Source: Dehalococcoidia bacterium
GTDB lineage: Bacteria; Chloroflexota; Dehalococcoidia; GIF9; AB-539-J10
Length of the DNA: 56,739 nt
NCBI GenBank assembly: GCA_049516035.1
Contig: JBEKTM010000004.1
Coordinates: forward strand, 1 to 56,739
Direction: 5' to 3'
In this document: positions 20,638-31,526 of the stretch, piece after piece
Numbering within the stretch: position 1 is the stretch's first letter
How the letters are laid out: each line of letters begins with the position of its first letter
Position numbers and translations under genes: made by a program
The notes under the pieces: model-generated
Database searches by the model: none
Seen by the model: the letters and a program-made list of their open reading frames with translations, nothing else
Told to the model about the DNA's origin: nothing

Positions 20638-21573
20638 TTAGGGCGCTATTCCCCTTCCCACAAGCGACTTAATAGCATCAGCAATGCTATCGACAGATAA
20701 GCCATAGATTCCCCGCAAGTATTCCTGACTACCGACTTGCTGGCAAAATTCATCCTTTATCCCTATTCGCCTGAAGGTAGTATGTGAATTACTTAATTCT
20801 GCAAGCACTTCAGCCACAGCGCTTCCCAGCCCGCCAATTAGGCTGTGTTCTTCCACGGTTATGATTGCTTTAGTTTGCTGGGCTGCCGCCAGTACCGCCT
20901 CGGTGTCCAGCGGCTTAAGGGTATGCATACTTAGCACCCTCGCTTGAATTCCCTGCTGTGCTAGTTCATCTGCCGCCTGCACAGTATTGAATAGTATTCC
21001 ACCAGTGGCAATTAGCGTGACATCGCTCCCATCTCGCACTACAATGGCTTTGCCAATTTGAAAATCGGGGGATGTTTTATGTACAACAGGTTCCTGTGCC
21101 TTGCCCAATCGCATGTAGCAGGGGCCGGGCCATTCAATAATGGCTCGTGTCGCCAGCGCTGTCTCTACTGGGTCCCCTGGTGCCACCACTGTCATATTAG
21201 GCAATGCACGCATGATTGCTAGGTCCTCAGTAGCGTGATGTGTCATTCCCTGAGCACTATAAGCAAACCCGCCGCCAACGGCAACAATCTTGACATTCGC
21301 CCTATGGTAACAGACATCATTACGAATTTGTTCCAGGCAGCGTAGTGTGGGAAAGTTGGCAATGGAGTAGGTGAAAACAATCTTGCCCGAAAGCGCCAGC
21401 CCTGTGGCAATGCCAGTCATGTTTTGCTCGGCCACGCCAACATTGATAAAACGGTCAGGAAATTCTTCTCTAAAAGGCTCAACCACGGAATAGCCAAGGT
21501 CGCCCACTAGAAGCCAGATGCGCTCATTAGCCCTGGCACAGTCTATTAATGTGTGAATGAAGGTGGTTCTCAC
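20638..21573 (-). CDS. Transketolase, C-terminal (pyrimidine-binding) subunit
   Basis: FINVGVAEQNMTGIATGLALSGK, typical split-transketolase B subunit. 4-nt overlap with the N-terminal subunit gene. Confidence 0.85.
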   Translation of the reverse strand: MRTTFIHTLIDCARANERIWLLVGDLGYSVVEPFREEFPDRFINVGVAEQNMTGIATGLALSGKIVFTYSIANFPTLRCLEQIRNDVCYHRANVKIVAVGGGFAYSAQGMTHHATEDLAIMRALPNMTVVAPGDPVETALATRAIIEWPGPCYMRLGKAQEPVVHKTSPDFQIGKAIVVRDGSDVTLIATGGILFNTVQAADELAQQGIQARVLSMHTLKPLDTEAVLAAAQQTKAIITVEEHSLIGGLGSAVAEVLAELSNSHTTFRRIGIKDEFCQQVGSQEYLRGIYGLSVDSIADAIKSLVGRGIAP

Positions 21574-22394
21574 TCAGGCACCCCCAATTCAGCCAGTGCC
21601 TGGCGTAATTGTTCGTCGTTAGGCGATTTGTAGTGCCAGGCAAGTTGATTCTCCATAAAGGATACGCCTTTGCCCTTAGTAGTATGTGCAATAATGCAAC
21701 TGGGCTTGCCGAGTTCAAAAGGGATACCTTTGAGAGCGTTCTCGATTTGAGTATAGTCGTGTCCATCTATCTCCTGCACCGCCCAGCCAAAAACCCGCCA
21801 CTTCCCGGCGAGCGGCTCCAAGTCGAGAACTTCTTTTACAGTGCCAAAGCTCTGAATCTTGTTGTAATCTATGATGGCAGTAAGGTTGTCTAAGTGGTGG
21901 TGAGGTGCAAAGAGCACTGCCTCCCAAGTTGAACCTTCATCACACTCTCCATCGCTGAGGAGCACGAACACCCTATGAGGTTGACTGTCGTGTTTGCCTG
22001 CAAGTGCCATCCCACAGCCAATGGGAAGTCCATGGCCTAATGAGCCAGTAGATACCTCTGCACCCGGCACACCGTGACTTGTAATATGTCCCGCTAAATG
22101 AGAGCCATCCTGGCAATAAGTCTCTAACCACTCTTTAGCGAAGAAGCCTCGCTCGGCAAGCACAGCATAGAGAGCCGCACAGCCGTGCCCTTTGCTTAAA
22201 ATGAAACGGTCACGGTCAGGCCAAGTTGGTCTCTTTGGATCTACGTGCAGGATGCTCTCGTAAAGAACCGCCAGGATGTCAGCTATTGAAAGGCTGGTGC
22301 CAATATGAGAGGCATTAGCTTTGTGGGTCATGCACAAGGCATGAGCACGAATTTTGATGGCTAAATTATTGAATTTCACTAGATCATCATTCAT
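21570..22394 (-). CDS. Transketolase, N-terminal (ThDP-binding) subunit
   Basis: SHIGTSLSIADILAVLY, LSKGHGCAALYAVLAERG, GSLGHGLPIGCGMA, LLSDGECDEGSTWEA (ThDP motif GDG-x-EG). Confidence 0.85.
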   Translation of the reverse strand: MNDDLVKFNNLAIKIRAHALCMTHKANASHIGTSLSIADILAVLYESILHVDPKRPTWPDRDRFILSKGHGCAALYAVLAERGFFAKEWLETYCQDGSHLAGHITSHGVPGAEVSTGSLGHGLPIGCGMALAGKHDSQPHRVFVLLSDGECDEGSTWEAVLFAPHHHLDNLTAIIDYNKIQSFGTVKEVLDLEPLAGKWRVFGWAVQEIDGHDYTQIENALKGIPFELGKPSCIIAHTTKGKGVSFMENQLAWHYKSPNDEQLRQALAELGVPE

Positions 22395-23319
22395 ATCGCC
22401 ACCGGTTTTCCTTAACCCATTCTACCGTTCGCCGCAGCCCCTCGTCCAGGCTAACTTGCGGTGCCCAGCCGGTTGCCTGTTTCAGTCGTGAGACGTCTGC
22501 CTGCAAGTGCATAATCTGGTCAGGGCGATAAGGCACCTCACCAAAGCCAATCGGCAAGCTGGAGTCAATCAAGTCCCGAATCCTCTCAACGATGCTCTTT
22601 ACAGTATGTGCTTCCCCTGAACCTAGATTAAAGATGCCTTGGGCTGCTGGATGTGAAGCAGCTCCCCATATCGCTCTGGCGACATCCCCCACATAGAGAT
22701 AATCCCAGCGCTGCTCGCCTAATGTCAAGGATGGCTTCTCGCCTCGCAGAAGTCTCAAGATAAGTTCTGGAATCATGTGTTCTTGGTCATCCATGGGCCC
22801 ATATGCTCCAGTCAACCGAAGCCACGTGAAACCAATGCCATAGGTCTCACATAGTTTTTGGCTGAGAAGCCCCAGGCAAAGCTTTGCCACACCATAAGTA
22901 GTTACAGGACGGGTGGGCAAATCTTCAGTGAGTACCCTATTTGAAGGTCCATACTCAGCTTGTGAGCCTAATCCAATCCATTTTTGGCAACCACTCTCAC
23001 GGGCTAATTCTAATAGTTTCAGGCTTCCATACAAGTTTTGAGTAATCTGGGCAGGATCGTTGCGATAGCCACTACTAACCCCATGCCAGCCCAAGTGAAT
23101 TACAATCTCAGGGGCAAATTCCTGAATCGCAACGCTAGAGTGGTCAATGTTAGCTATATCTCCCTTAATAATATGTAAACGATAAAGAATATCCTCGATT
23201 CTCCAGAGGTTGCTTGTTGTTGGACGCACCAAGGCAGCAACCTCAACACTCTGTTCTAATAAATATCTAACCAAATGAGAGCCAATATGACCAGTTGCGC
23301 CTGTCACAAGGCAACGCAC
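22387..23319 (-). CDS. NAD(P)-dependent sugar epimerase/reductase (SDR; CDP-dideoxyhexose 4-reductase-like)
   Basis: [13 protein letters not shown] Rossmann motif, TYGVAKL (YxxxK). Located between rfbH-like and transketolase genes. Confidence 0.7.
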   Translation of the reverse strand: MRCLVTGATGHIGSHLVRYLLEQSVEVAALVRPTTSNLWRIEDILYRLHIIKGDIANIDHSSVAIQEFAPEIVIHLGWHGVSSGYRNDPAQITQNLYGSLKLLELARESGCQKWIGLGSQAEYGPSNRVLTEDLPTRPVTTYGVAKLCLGLLSQKLCETYGIGFTWLRLTGAYGPMDDQEHMIPELILRLLRGEKPSLTLGEQRWDYLYVGDVARAIWGAASHPAAQGIFNLGSGEAHTVKSIVERIRDLIDSSLPIGFGEVPYRPDQIMHLQADVSRLKQATGWAPQVSLDEGLRRTVEWVKENRWRYE

Positions 23320-24641
23320 TTTAACTCCTCTGGCATCTTATGAAAGCATTCCAGAATGTATTCCAACATGGTGGATGAAAGCCCAGGATATACTCCAACC
23401 CAGAACACTTGATTCATCACAGAGTCAGAATTTTTGAGATCACCTACCACTCGGTATTGAACGTTATCATCACAATAAGCCGGCTGACGCAGCAGATTGC
23501 CACCAAACAATAGCCGGGTAGCAATTTTATGATTTTCCAAGTATTGCACCACCTGATCCCGAGTAAAAGGTGCTTCAGGTCGCACCGCCAAGGGGAAGCC
23601 AAACCAACTTGGTTCACTCCCCGACGTTGCCTCAGGAAGGATGAAGAACTCTTCCAGATTGCGCAACCCTTCATACAATAGCTGGAAATTACGCCGCCGA
23701 GCCGCAATAAATGCCAGCAGTTTCTTCAATTGAGCTACACCAACTGCAGCCTGCATGTCAGTCAGCTTAAGGTTATAACCAATGTGCGAATAAGTATATT
23801 TATGGTCATAGCCGTAAGGGAGATCACCTAATTGCCAGCCAAAACGCTTCCCGCAAGTGTTGTCTTTCCCTGGCTCACACCAGCAATCTCGTCCCCAGTC
23901 CCGGAACGACGCTACCAACTTGTTAAGAAGAGGCGAGTTGGTAAGGACTGCCCCTCCCTCACCCATTGTGATATGGTGAGCTGGATAAAAACTCACAGTA
24001 GCTAAATCACCAAAAGTGCCTACGTGTTGTCCATTATAGGTTGCGCCAACGGCATCGCAGCAATCTTCAATAAGCCACAAGCCATGCCGCCGAACGAAAT
24101 CTGTCACGGTCTCCAGGTCAAACGGATTTCCCAGTGTGTGAGCCAGCATCACAGCACGGGTTCGCTCAGAGTAGGCTTTCTCAAGCTGTGCCACATCCAC
24201 ATTGTAAGTGGGGATCGTTACATCTACGAACACTGGAACGAGTCGATTCTGGATGATAGGGTTAACCGTTGTCGGAAAAGCTGACGCAACAGTGATAACC
24301 TCGTCGCCAAGGCTCAGCCGCCGTTCACCAAGCTTGGGTGAAGTCAGGCAAGATAACGCCAGCAAATTAGCTGACGAACCAGAGTTCACCAGGATGCAGT
24401 GTTCCACACCGAAGAAGTGGGCAAATTCACGCTCGAACTGATCAGCAAAGCGTCCGGCGGTTAGCCAGAAGTCCAGGGCTGATTCGACCAAGCTGACAAG
24501 TTCTTCGTCATCGAAGATCCGACCGGCGTAGGGAATAGAGCTTATCCCGGGCCTGAATCTGTGTTTTGGGAAAGCAGCTTTGTAGTACTCTCGGACCAGG
24601 TCAATAATCTGCATCCTCAGCGTATCAGCCGTATTACTCAC
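23304..24641 (-). CDS. rfbH: CDP-4-keto-6-deoxy-D-glucose 3-dehydrase (E1, RfbH/DdhC-like, PMP-dependent)
   Basis: DegT-fold protein in which the PLP lysine position reads [14 protein letters not shown] (His instead of Lys, the hallmark of E1/RfbH). The N terminus is like Salmonella RfbH. GTG 24641 preferred because AGGAG lies 11 nt upstream. Confidence 0.75.
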   Translation of the reverse strand: MSNTADTLRMQIIDLVREYYKAAFPKHRFRPGISSIPYAGRIFDDEELVSLVESALDFWLTAGRFADQFEREFAHFFGVEHCILVNSGSSANLLALSCLTSPKLGERRLSLGDEVITVASAFPTTVNPIIQNRLVPVFVDVTIPTYNVDVAQLEKAYSERTRAVMLAHTLGNPFDLETVTDFVRRHGLWLIEDCCDAVGATYNGQHVGTFGDLATVSFYPAHHITMGEGGAVLTNSPLLNKLVASFRDWGRDCWCEPGKDNTCGKRFGWQLGDLPYGYDHKYTYSHIGYNLKLTDMQAAVGVAQLKKLLAFIAARRRNFQLLYEGLRNLEEFFILPEATSGSEPSWFGFPLAVRPEAPFTRDQVVQYLENHKIATRLLFGGNLLRQPAYCDDNVQYRVVGDLKNSDSVMNQVFWVGVYPGLSSTMLEYILECFHKMPEELKCVAL

Positions 24642-25629
24642 GAGCAAAAAACTCCTCATACCAGGGAATTGTTCGCTTCAAACCCTCATCCAATGTGAAA
24701 ATGGGCTGCCAATCAAGCAATCTGCGAGCCTTGGCAGCGTTTAGATACTGCCGGCGGATCTCGTTGGTAGCCTCATTGCGGATGATTGGCTTTAAGTTAG
24801 ATTCCATCAATTGCAAAATATGCTCGACGAGTTCTATCACTGATACTGGCGTCTCATTGGAGAAGTTAAATGCTTCACCATGTAAATTTGTGTTTTGTGC
24901 CAGCTTCTCGGCTAGCAAAATATAGGCGGCAGCGGCGTCCTCAATGTAAAAATAGTCCCGCACATACTGACCATCAGAGCGTATGATAGGTTGTTGACCA
25001 CGCAACACTGAACGTATAGTCCCTGGCACAACGCGGTTCCAATTCAAATCGCCTCCACCGTAGAAGTTCCCACAGCGGGTAATGGCTGCTGGGAGTCTAT
25101 AAGTGGTAGCGTATGATTGGGCAAGCAGGTCAGCACAAGACTTGCTTGCATCATAGGGATAGCGGCCCTGCAGTGGTGCATCCTCATTGTATGGCAATTG
25201 CTCCTGATCTCCATAGGCTTTATCGGACGAAGCGGTTATAATACTATGGACTTTGGGACTTCGACGGCATGCCTCGAGCAGTGTCCAGGTGCCACGGATA
25301 TTCGTTTCAAAGGTTGAAATGGGATTTCGGTTGGCAATGCCGACGATTGTTTGGGCAGCCAGATGGAAAACGGTATCGATTTCGTATTCCCCTAAAATCC
25401 TTTCCAAGAGTGCTCTGTCGCAGATGTCACCACGAACGACTTTCACTTGTTCCACAAGTTGAGCATGAACCAGCTCACTTTGTGGCACCCAGTCACGCAC
25501 CAAGCAGATAATATCGGCGCCCAGTTCAAAAAGGCGGCGTACTAACCATCCACCCAATAATCCAGTAGCACCTGTCACAAGGGCGGGACGGTCTTGCCAG
25601 AACGAAACCTTCACTCCCATTTCTTCCAC
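24634..25629 (-). CDS. rfbG: CDP-glucose 4,6-dehydratase
   Basis: [31 protein letters not shown] (YxxxK), 331 aa. The start could also be ATG 25620 or GTG 25614. Confidence 0.8.
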   Translation of the reverse strand: MEEMGVKVSFWQDRPALVTGATGLLGGWLVRRLFELGADIICLVRDWVPQSELVHAQLVEQVKVVRGDICDRALLERILGEYEIDTVFHLAAQTIVGIANRNPISTFETNIRGTWTLLEACRRSPKVHSIITASSDKAYGDQEQLPYNEDAPLQGRYPYDASKSCADLLAQSYATTYRLPAAITRCGNFYGGGDLNWNRVVPGTIRSVLRGQQPIIRSDGQYVRDYFYIEDAAAAYILLAEKLAQNTNLHGEAFNFSNETPVSVIELVEHILQLMESNLKPIIRNEATNEIRRQYLNAAKARRLLDWQPIFTLDEGLKRTIPWYEEFFARE

Positions 25630-26387
25630 GGAGTTTGGCCCTTATCCCACAATTCATTAAGAAACTTATAATCGCGGTATGTATCCATAGCATAAAAGAA
25701 GCCATTATGCTTATAAGCCATTAGTTCACCTTCGTGGGCTAGGCACTCAAGAGGCTCACGCTCCAAGACACAATCATCGCCTCTCAGATAATCAAATATC
25801 TTTCGGTTAAATACCAAAAAACCAGCACTGATCCACTCCCCCATCTGAGGCTTCTCAGCAAAACTGAGAACTGCTGAGTTATCATCCAGTGTAAGGATAC
25901 CAAAACGCGAGAAAGGATGCACTACTGTCACCGTAGCCAGTCGACCATGCTGACGATGATATTCTACAAGGGCTCGAATGTCTATGTCGGCTACTCCGTC
26001 ACCATACGTCACCATAAAAGTGTCGCCGTCTGTGTATTTCTCCACGCGCTTTATTCGCCCACCAGTCATTGTTTCTAATCCAGTTTCAGCTAACGTAATT
26101 ATAAAATCCTGTTCCTTGTGCACATTATTATAACTCAGGGAATATTGATGTCCGAGTCGGATAGTGAAATCACTGCTCATGGCTTCATAATTCAAGAAAT
26201 AATCTTTAATCATTTCGCCCCGATAGCCAAGGCAGAGGACGAACTCCCGAAAGCCATATTGGGCATAAGTTTTCATGATATGCCAAAGGATAGGCCGTCC
26301 ACCAATTGGGATAAGTGGCTTGGGACGAAATTCAGTTTCCTCCTGCAAACGCATCCCCCGCCCACCGCAGAGAATGATTGTCTTCAT
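25611..26387 (-). CDS. rfbF: Glucose-1-phosphate cytidylyltransferase
   Basis: [39 protein letters not shown] and 258 aa length match RfbF/DdhA. Confidence 0.85.
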   Translation of the reverse strand: MKTIILCGGRGMRLQEETEFRPKPLIPIGGRPILWHIMKTYAQYGFREFVLCLGYRGEMIKDYFLNYEAMSSDFTIRLGHQYSLSYNNVHKEQDFIITLAETGLETMTGGRIKRVEKYTDGDTFMVTYGDGVADIDIRALVEYHRQHGRLATVTVVHPFSRFGILTLDDNSAVLSFAEKPQMGEWISAGFLVFNRKIFDYLRGDDCVLEREPLECLAHEGELMAYKHNGFFYAMDTYRDYKFLNELWDKGQTPWKKWE

Positions 26388-26506
26388 ATTACAAATCCCT
26401 CCCAGTTTCTTAATTCTAACCTTTTGACTAATATCTCCACAATTCTCTCGGCTGTTTTGTCGTCACCGAACACATCTTGTTGTCCTGTCCTGGGGTTGGA
26501 AATGCC

Positions 26507-27646
26507 TCATCGTTTCGATAATTTCCGCCAATGACTAGTTACTTTCCTAATCTCGCCTGCTACCTCCTCAATCTGCTCCTTGTTTAGTTCCGGGTACATA
26601 GGCAGGGTAAGCACCTGCTCCTGTGCACGCTCGCTTTGAGGGAAGTCTCCAGGCTTATGATCCATATATTTGTAAACTTCCTGGAGATGAAGAGATAAGG
26701 GGTAGTAAACTGCCGTCTGAATGCCTTTGGATTCCAGATGCTTACGCAACTCGTTGCGGTTCAAGCGAGAATCCTTAAGGCGGATAGTGTAGTAGTTGCA
26801 GGAGGACCTGCAATTCTTTTCGAAATACGGAGGCTCGACATCATCTATCCGGCTCAGCAACTCGGTATAGAGCGCTGTTTTGCTACGACGTAGCTCGTTC
26901 CACTTGTCTAACTGCTTCAGCTTCACTCTCAAGATAGCAGCCTGCAGGGCATCGAGGCGGCTGTTGAAGCCGTGCATGACGTGCTGGTAGGTCGCCTTAG
27001 CCCCATGCACCCTGAGGATTCTCACCGTCTCGGCAATCTGGGCATCGTTGGTTACCACCATGCCACCATCGCCATATGCTCCCAGATTCTTGGAGGGAAA
27101 GAAGCTCAGACATCCGGCATCGCCCAGCGAGCCAACTTTCTTGCCTTTGTATTCTGCGCCCAGAGCTTGAGCACAGTCCTCAATTACTTTCAGGTTATGC
27201 TTTCTGGCTATATCAAGGATACGTTCCATAGCAGCAGACTGACCGTAAAGGTGCACCGGTAGTATCGCTCTGGTTTTCTTACTGATTTTGTATTCGATTT
27301 GCGATGGGTCTATATTGTAGGTTTTCATGTCAATGTCCACAAACACCGGCTTAGCACCACACTTGGTTATGGACTCAGCAGTGGCAATGAAGGTAAAGGG
27401 AGTAGTGATGACCTCGTCACCGGGCTTGATTCCGGAGGCAAGCAGAGCAAGATGCAGTGCATCAGTGCCTGAAGCCACACCTACAGCATATTTTGTTCCG
27501 CAGTAGGCAGCCACCTCATCTTCGAAGGCATTGACCTCGGGGCCTAGGATGAACTGGCCATGTTCGAGAACCCTATTTATAGCAACGTCAATTTCAGCCT
27601 TTATCGAGTTGTATTGAGCTTTCAGGTCAACCAAAGGAACGTTCAC
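26507..27646 (-). CDS. DegT-family aminotransferase, WbpE-like (UDP-2-acetamido-2-deoxy-3-oxo-glucuronate aminotransferase)
   Basis: [10 protein letters not shown]..., [15 protein letters not shown] (PLP Lys). Operon context with WbpA/B/D-like genes. Confidence 0.75.
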   Translation of the reverse strand: MNVPLVDLKAQYNSIKAEIDVAINRVLEHGQFILGPEVNAFEDEVAAYCGTKYAVGVASGTDALHLALLASGIKPGDEVITTPFTFIATAESITKCGAKPVFVDIDMKTYNIDPSQIEYKISKKTRAILPVHLYGQSAAMERILDIARKHNLKVIEDCAQALGAEYKGKKVGSLGDAGCLSFFPSKNLGAYGDGGMVVTNDAQIAETVRILRVHGAKATYQHVMHGFNSRLDALQAAILRVKLKQLDKWNELRRSKTALYTELLSRIDDVEPPYFEKNCRSSCNYYTIRLKDSRLNRNELRKHLESKGIQTAVYYPLSLHLQEVYKYMDHKPGDFPQSERAQEQVLTLPMYPELNKEQIEEVAGEIRKVTSHWRKLSKR

Positions 27647-28395
27647 GACACATCCTCTCTTCGTGGAAGTAATTCATCCGTGGGAACATCACGTATCACT
27701 TTAGCGGGCACACCCATCACAATCTTTCTCGCAGGCACATCACGGGTCACCACCGCTCCAGCAGCTACCACAGCCTCCTCCCCGATGACAACACCTGGCA
27801 GAAGTGTTGCATTTGAACCGATGCGAGCACCTCGTTTGATGTGTGGGCCTTTGTATACTCCTGCTGTTCCTCTGCCCATCTTATTATCGTTAGTAGTACT
27901 AATATGCGAGCCGATAAACGCATCATCTTCAATAATCATATCGCTTGTAAGATGGGTTACAGCCGCAGTCCTTACACGTTTCCCAATTGTCGTCCGTGGT
28001 TCCATCGAAATCAACCGAGCAATAATACTTTTATCTCCTACGACGTTTTGCTCTCTAATTGATACAAAGTCGCCAATCATTACCTCATCACCTATCTTCG
28101 TGCCCCTATATAAAATGACGTGTGCGCTTATCACACAGTCCTTACCTACCTCCAATGGGGGTAGATCTTTGGTGGCTTTCTTTCTGCTTAGGGCTCCCGA
28201 CCTAGGTACTCTACCGAGAATTGAACCGTCATCTATGAAAGTGCCATTGCCTACTTTCGTGTCTTCGTGGATAACAACGTTATGTCCAATATAGACATTG
28301 TCGCCAATATGGACATTGTCTAAGATAACCACATTCTGTCCCATAGAACAATCCCTCCCTACTCTTGCAGTTTCGGCTATGAAGTTGCTCATCAA
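27643..28395 (-). CDS. Hexapeptide-repeat (left-handed beta-helix) N-acetyltransferase, WbpD-like
   Basis: Repeated [LIV]G.N..I hexapeptides ([38 protein letters not shown]). 4-nt overlap with the aminotransferase gene. Confidence 0.7.
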   Translation of the reverse strand: MMSNFIAETARVGRDCSMGQNVVILDNVHIGDNVYIGHNVVIHEDTKVGNGTFIDDGSILGRVPRSGALSRKKATKDLPPLEVGKDCVISAHVILYRGTKIGDEVMIGDFVSIREQNVVGDKSIIARLISMEPRTTIGKRVRTAAVTHLTSDMIIEDDAFIGSHISTTNDNKMGRGTAGVYKGPHIKRGARIGSNATLLPGVVIGEEAVVAAGAVVTRDVPARKIVMGVPAKVIRDVPTDELLPRREDVS

Positions 28396-28407
28396 TAACC
28401 CTCCTTC

Positions 28408-29406
28408 TCAGAGCTTGGTGCGCTCGTGTTCCATAACTTTCTCAATCTTCTCTAAGATTCGCACCACTTCCAAACCCTGTTTACCATTAGACAGTGGAGT
28501 AGATCTGTTCTTGATACACTCTAGAAAATGACGGCACTCGAGCGAGAGAGGTTCGGCCAGGTCGACTCTGGGCAGGAACACTCCCTCCGACCTCAGAGCC
28601 AGTGTGCCGGAAGGAGACGCAAGCTTATCGCGGTTGTCCACTACACCCTGGTCATATATCTTCAACTTGTGTTCCGGTTCCATATCGTCAAACACAGCCA
28701 TCTGCTTGCTGCCCACTATAGTGAGCTGTCGTATCTTATGAGGGTCGAGCCAGCTAGCGTGGATATGAGCCAGAACGTTTGGGCGAAATTGCAGGGTAAT
28801 GAATACTACGTCTTCTAAATGCGGCTGAATGTAGCTTATCCCTTGGGCTGAGACAACTTCAGGGAAATCTTCAAGTAAATATAGAAATAGCGAGATGTCA
28901 TGTGGGGCAAGTCTCCACAATGCGCTCTCGTCACGGCGCACCTGCCCTAAATTAACCCGCGTGGAGTAGAGATAATAGATTTCACCCAGGTCGCCTGACT
29001 GGATATGGCGCTTAAGTATGTGGACAGCGGGGTGATAAAGCATCAGGTGCCCCACCATCAGTATGCACTTCCGCTTCTCGGCGAGCTCAACAAGTTCCTG
29101 CGCTTCTGAGCTTTTTGAAGTGATTGGTTTCTCCACAAATACATCTTTGTCCGCGAGTAGCGCTTGCCTTGCTGCTGGATAGTGCAGGGCTGCCGGTAAA
29201 GCTATAACTACGCCTTTGATCTCCTTGTCAGTTAACATTGCATCAAGGTTTGTTTCTCCTTTGACGTTTGGATAAAGTGCCGCAAGCTTGCTCAGAACCT
29301 CGGAATTGCTGTCACAAATAGCACGGAGTGCACCTAGCTCAGCGAAATTGCGAACCAGGTTCTTGCCCCAATATCCGCAGCCAACAACAGCAATATTCCT
29401 TTCCAT
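28408..29406 (-). CDS. Gfo/Idh/MocA-family oxidoreductase, WbpB-like (UDP-GlcNAcA 3-dehydrogenase)
   Basis: IAVVGCGYWGKNLVRNF Rossmann motif, EKP motif (VFVEKP). Confidence 0.7.
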   Translation of the reverse strand: MERNIAVVGCGYWGKNLVRNFAELGALRAICDSNSEVLSKLAALYPNVKGETNLDAMLTDKEIKGVVIALPAALHYPAARQALLADKDVFVEKPITSKSSEAQELVELAEKRKCILMVGHLMLYHPAVHILKRHIQSGDLGEIYYLYSTRVNLGQVRRDESALWRLAPHDISLFLYLLEDFPEVVSAQGISYIQPHLEDVVFITLQFRPNVLAHIHASWLDPHKIRQLTIVGSKQMAVFDDMEPEHKLKIYDQGVVDNRDKLASPSGTLALRSEGVFLPRVDLAEPLSLECRHFLECIKNRSTPLSNGKQGLEVVRILEKIEKVMEHERTKL

Positions 29407-29412
29407 CTACCA

Positions 29413-30717
29413 TCACAACCTTACGATGTTCTTATTTCTGAGCTTCCTGGTAACGCCTCGGGTATCGAATACAAAGCTGGCCTTTCGGGCTATGTATTTA
29501 TAGTCGTAGCAAGTGTGGTCGGTTGCAATCACCACGCAGTCGGCTGAGACCAGTTGCTCGTCTGTAAGGTTCACCGACCTCAAATTATTTTCGGAGATTC
29601 GAACACTCGCCACATATGGGTCGTTGTAGGACACGTTTGCCCCCTTTTCACACAAGAGCTCAATTAGCTTCAAGGATGGTGACTCTCTCACATCCTCCAC
29701 ATCTCTCTTGTACGCGACCCCCAGCACCAATACCTTGGCCCCGTGCAAACTCTTGCCTTCAGAATTCATGGCATCCAACATGCGGGAGACGACGTAATAA
29801 GGCATATGCTCATTGATGTCCGCCGCGAGCTCGATGAATCTGGTGTGGAAATCAAACTCCCTGGCTTTATTCGCCAGGTAATAAGGGTCGAGCGGGATGC
29901 AGTGCCCCCCGATCCCTGGCCCAGGGTAGAACGGCATGTACCCAAAAGGCTTGGTTGCAGCTGCATCTATTACTTCCCAAACACTTATCTTCATCTTCTC
30001 ACAGAGCAAGGTAAGTTCGTTAACCAGGGCTATGTTCACATTACGAAATACATTTTCGAATACCTTAGTCATCTCGGCAACTTCAGGACTTGAGACCGGG
30101 ACAACTCTATCCACGATTCGACTGTACAAGAGTGTAGCGAGCTTTGTAGATTTGGTGTCTATGCCGCCAATCACCTTCGGCGTGTTCCGGACATTGTAAT
30201 TCTTGCTCCCGGGGTCGACCCTTTCCGGAGAGAAGGCAAGATAGAAATCACGTCCTGCTTTGAGGCCAGAGCGTTCCAAAATTGGTAGCATCACCTCTCG
30301 GGTAGTGCCTGGATAGGTTGTGCTCTCGAGAATCACTAATTGCCCTTTCTGAAGGTACTTGGAGACCACTTCGGACTCACTGATGACATAAGAGAGCTCC
30401 GGGTCTTTGGTTTTGGTAAGCGGAGTGGGCACACAAATGCAGATGGCGTCAACCTCCTTGAGTCGGCTCTGGTCAGTAGTGGCCTTTAACAACCCTTCTC
30501 TGACCGTTTCTCTAAGGACTTTGCTATCTACATCAGCTATGTAAGACTGTCCCTTATTAACCCAATCCACTCGCCTTTGTTGAATGTCGACCCCGAGCAC
30601 CTTTAAACCAGCTTTGGCAAAGGCCAAAGCTAGGGGCAAGCCGACGTAGCCCAAGCCGATAATACACACAACAGTTTTATTGGTGATTTTTGACTGGCTC
30701 AATCGTGTTTTATTCAC
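29413..30717 (-). CDS. Nucleotide-sugar 6-dehydrogenase (UDP-GlcNAc/UDP-ManNAc dehydrogenase; WbpA/WecC-like)
   Basis: VCIIGLGYVGLPLALAFAKAG, GPGIGGHCIPLDP (catalytic Cys), 434 aa. Confidence 0.8.
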   Translation of the reverse strand: MNKTRLSQSKITNKTVVCIIGLGYVGLPLALAFAKAGLKVLGVDIQQRRVDWVNKGQSYIADVDSKVLRETVREGLLKATTDQSRLKEVDAICICVPTPLTKTKDPELSYVISESEVVSKYLQKGQLVILESTTYPGTTREVMLPILERSGLKAGRDFYLAFSPERVDPGSKNYNVRNTPKVIGGIDTKSTKLATLLYSRIVDRVVPVSSPEVAEMTKVFENVFRNVNIALVNELTLLCEKMKISVWEVIDAAATKPFGYMPFYPGPGIGGHCIPLDPYYLANKAREFDFHTRFIELAADINEHMPYYVVSRMLDAMNSEGKSLHGAKVLVLGVAYKRDVEDVRESPSLKLIELLCEKGANVSYNDPYVASVRISENNLRSVNLTDEQLVSADCVVIATDHTCYDYKYIARKASFVFDTRGVTRKLRNKNIVRL

Positions 30718-30805
30718 TTTGCTTCACTCCATTATTCATGACTGCCAACATACTCCGTTCTTACATCTTAAGCAGTTTATCAGAAGAACGTTCGGCACTC
30801 AAGCC

Positions 30806-30888
30806 GTCATCGCGAACGGACGCACCTCTTCTGTCATTGCGAGGCACGACAGTGCAAGAGCAATCTCACAGAGCAGTGTGGGATTGCC
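30806..30888 (+). repeat. Copy of the dispersed palindromic repeat family, upstream of the wbpA-like operon
   Basis: gtcatcgcgaacggacgcacctcttctgtcattgcgaggcacgacagtgcaagagcaatctcacagagcagtgtgggattgc. Same architecture as 4530-4600. Confidence 0.8.
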
Positions 30889-30959
30889 AGGCGGAGCCAT
30901 AGCTTTTCATCTTGCTCAGGGCAGGTCTGAGCGGGAGGAAAATTCTTCGCCCCGACAAG

Positions 30960-31514
30960 TCAGGGCTCAGAATGATAATCGGCCTTTACGGTGTCTCCTG
31001 ATTTTATAATAGTTCTGTTTGTATATATTAGAGCTTCAATATCATCTTTCTTGATGTAAATCCCCACGGAGTATTCGCCGTTGGCTATTTCCCATGTCGG
31101 AATAAGAGCTGAAAATCCCGAGTTGTCCAAGTTCAAGCCTAACTCTTTAAACTGCTCGGTAACATTCTCTCTTACCACTGTTTCTGTGGTGAATACATAT
31201 GTCCTGTCCGCGGATTTCAAGGATTTCAAGACTATATATATTTTGCTGTTGACAGAGTCATGGCCCTCAATGAATGCCCAGCCGTATATCTCCAGAATCT
31301 GTGCGGCGGATTCAAAGTGGTCAACCGAGTATTGAATGTTGTCGGTTGCGGCGGGGAGTGAAGTTTCATACAAGTCAGATGCACCAGCAAACTGTTCAAG
31401 TCTGTCGAAGAGAGGCTCCACCACAAAAATGGTCAACAGCACAAATCCCACAATAATGGATGTGTGCGTGATGACCTGTTTCCTGTGAGTCCTGAGCCAG
31501 CTTCCCATTGCCAT
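30960..31514 (-). CDS. Membrane-anchored hypothetical protein
   Basis: 184-aa ORF with one N-terminal TM helix (IIVGFVLLTIFVV). Same strand and tight spacing with the neighbouring genes. No recognisable motif. Confidence 0.5.
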   Translation of the reverse strand: MAMGSWLRTHRKQVITHTSIIVGFVLLTIFVVEPLFDRLEQFAGASDLYETSLPAATDNIQYSVDHFESAAQILEIYGWAFIEGHDSVNSKIYIVLKSLKSADRTYVFTTETVVRENVTEQFKELGLNLDNSGFSALIPTWEIANGEYSVGIYIKKDDIEALIYTNRTIIKSGDTVKADYHSEP

Positions 31515-31526
31515 GGCTAATTACTG

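Noticed and set aside
30680-31009. ORFs 30680-31009 and 30690-30902, and similarly 34702-34884, 47337-47558 and 56117-56341
   Set aside because: They are short ORFs in intergenic DNA whose sequences are translations of the palindromic repeat (peptides such as SLRGTTVQEQSH, SFRVRMT, LRSARND). They have no RBS and no homology logic.
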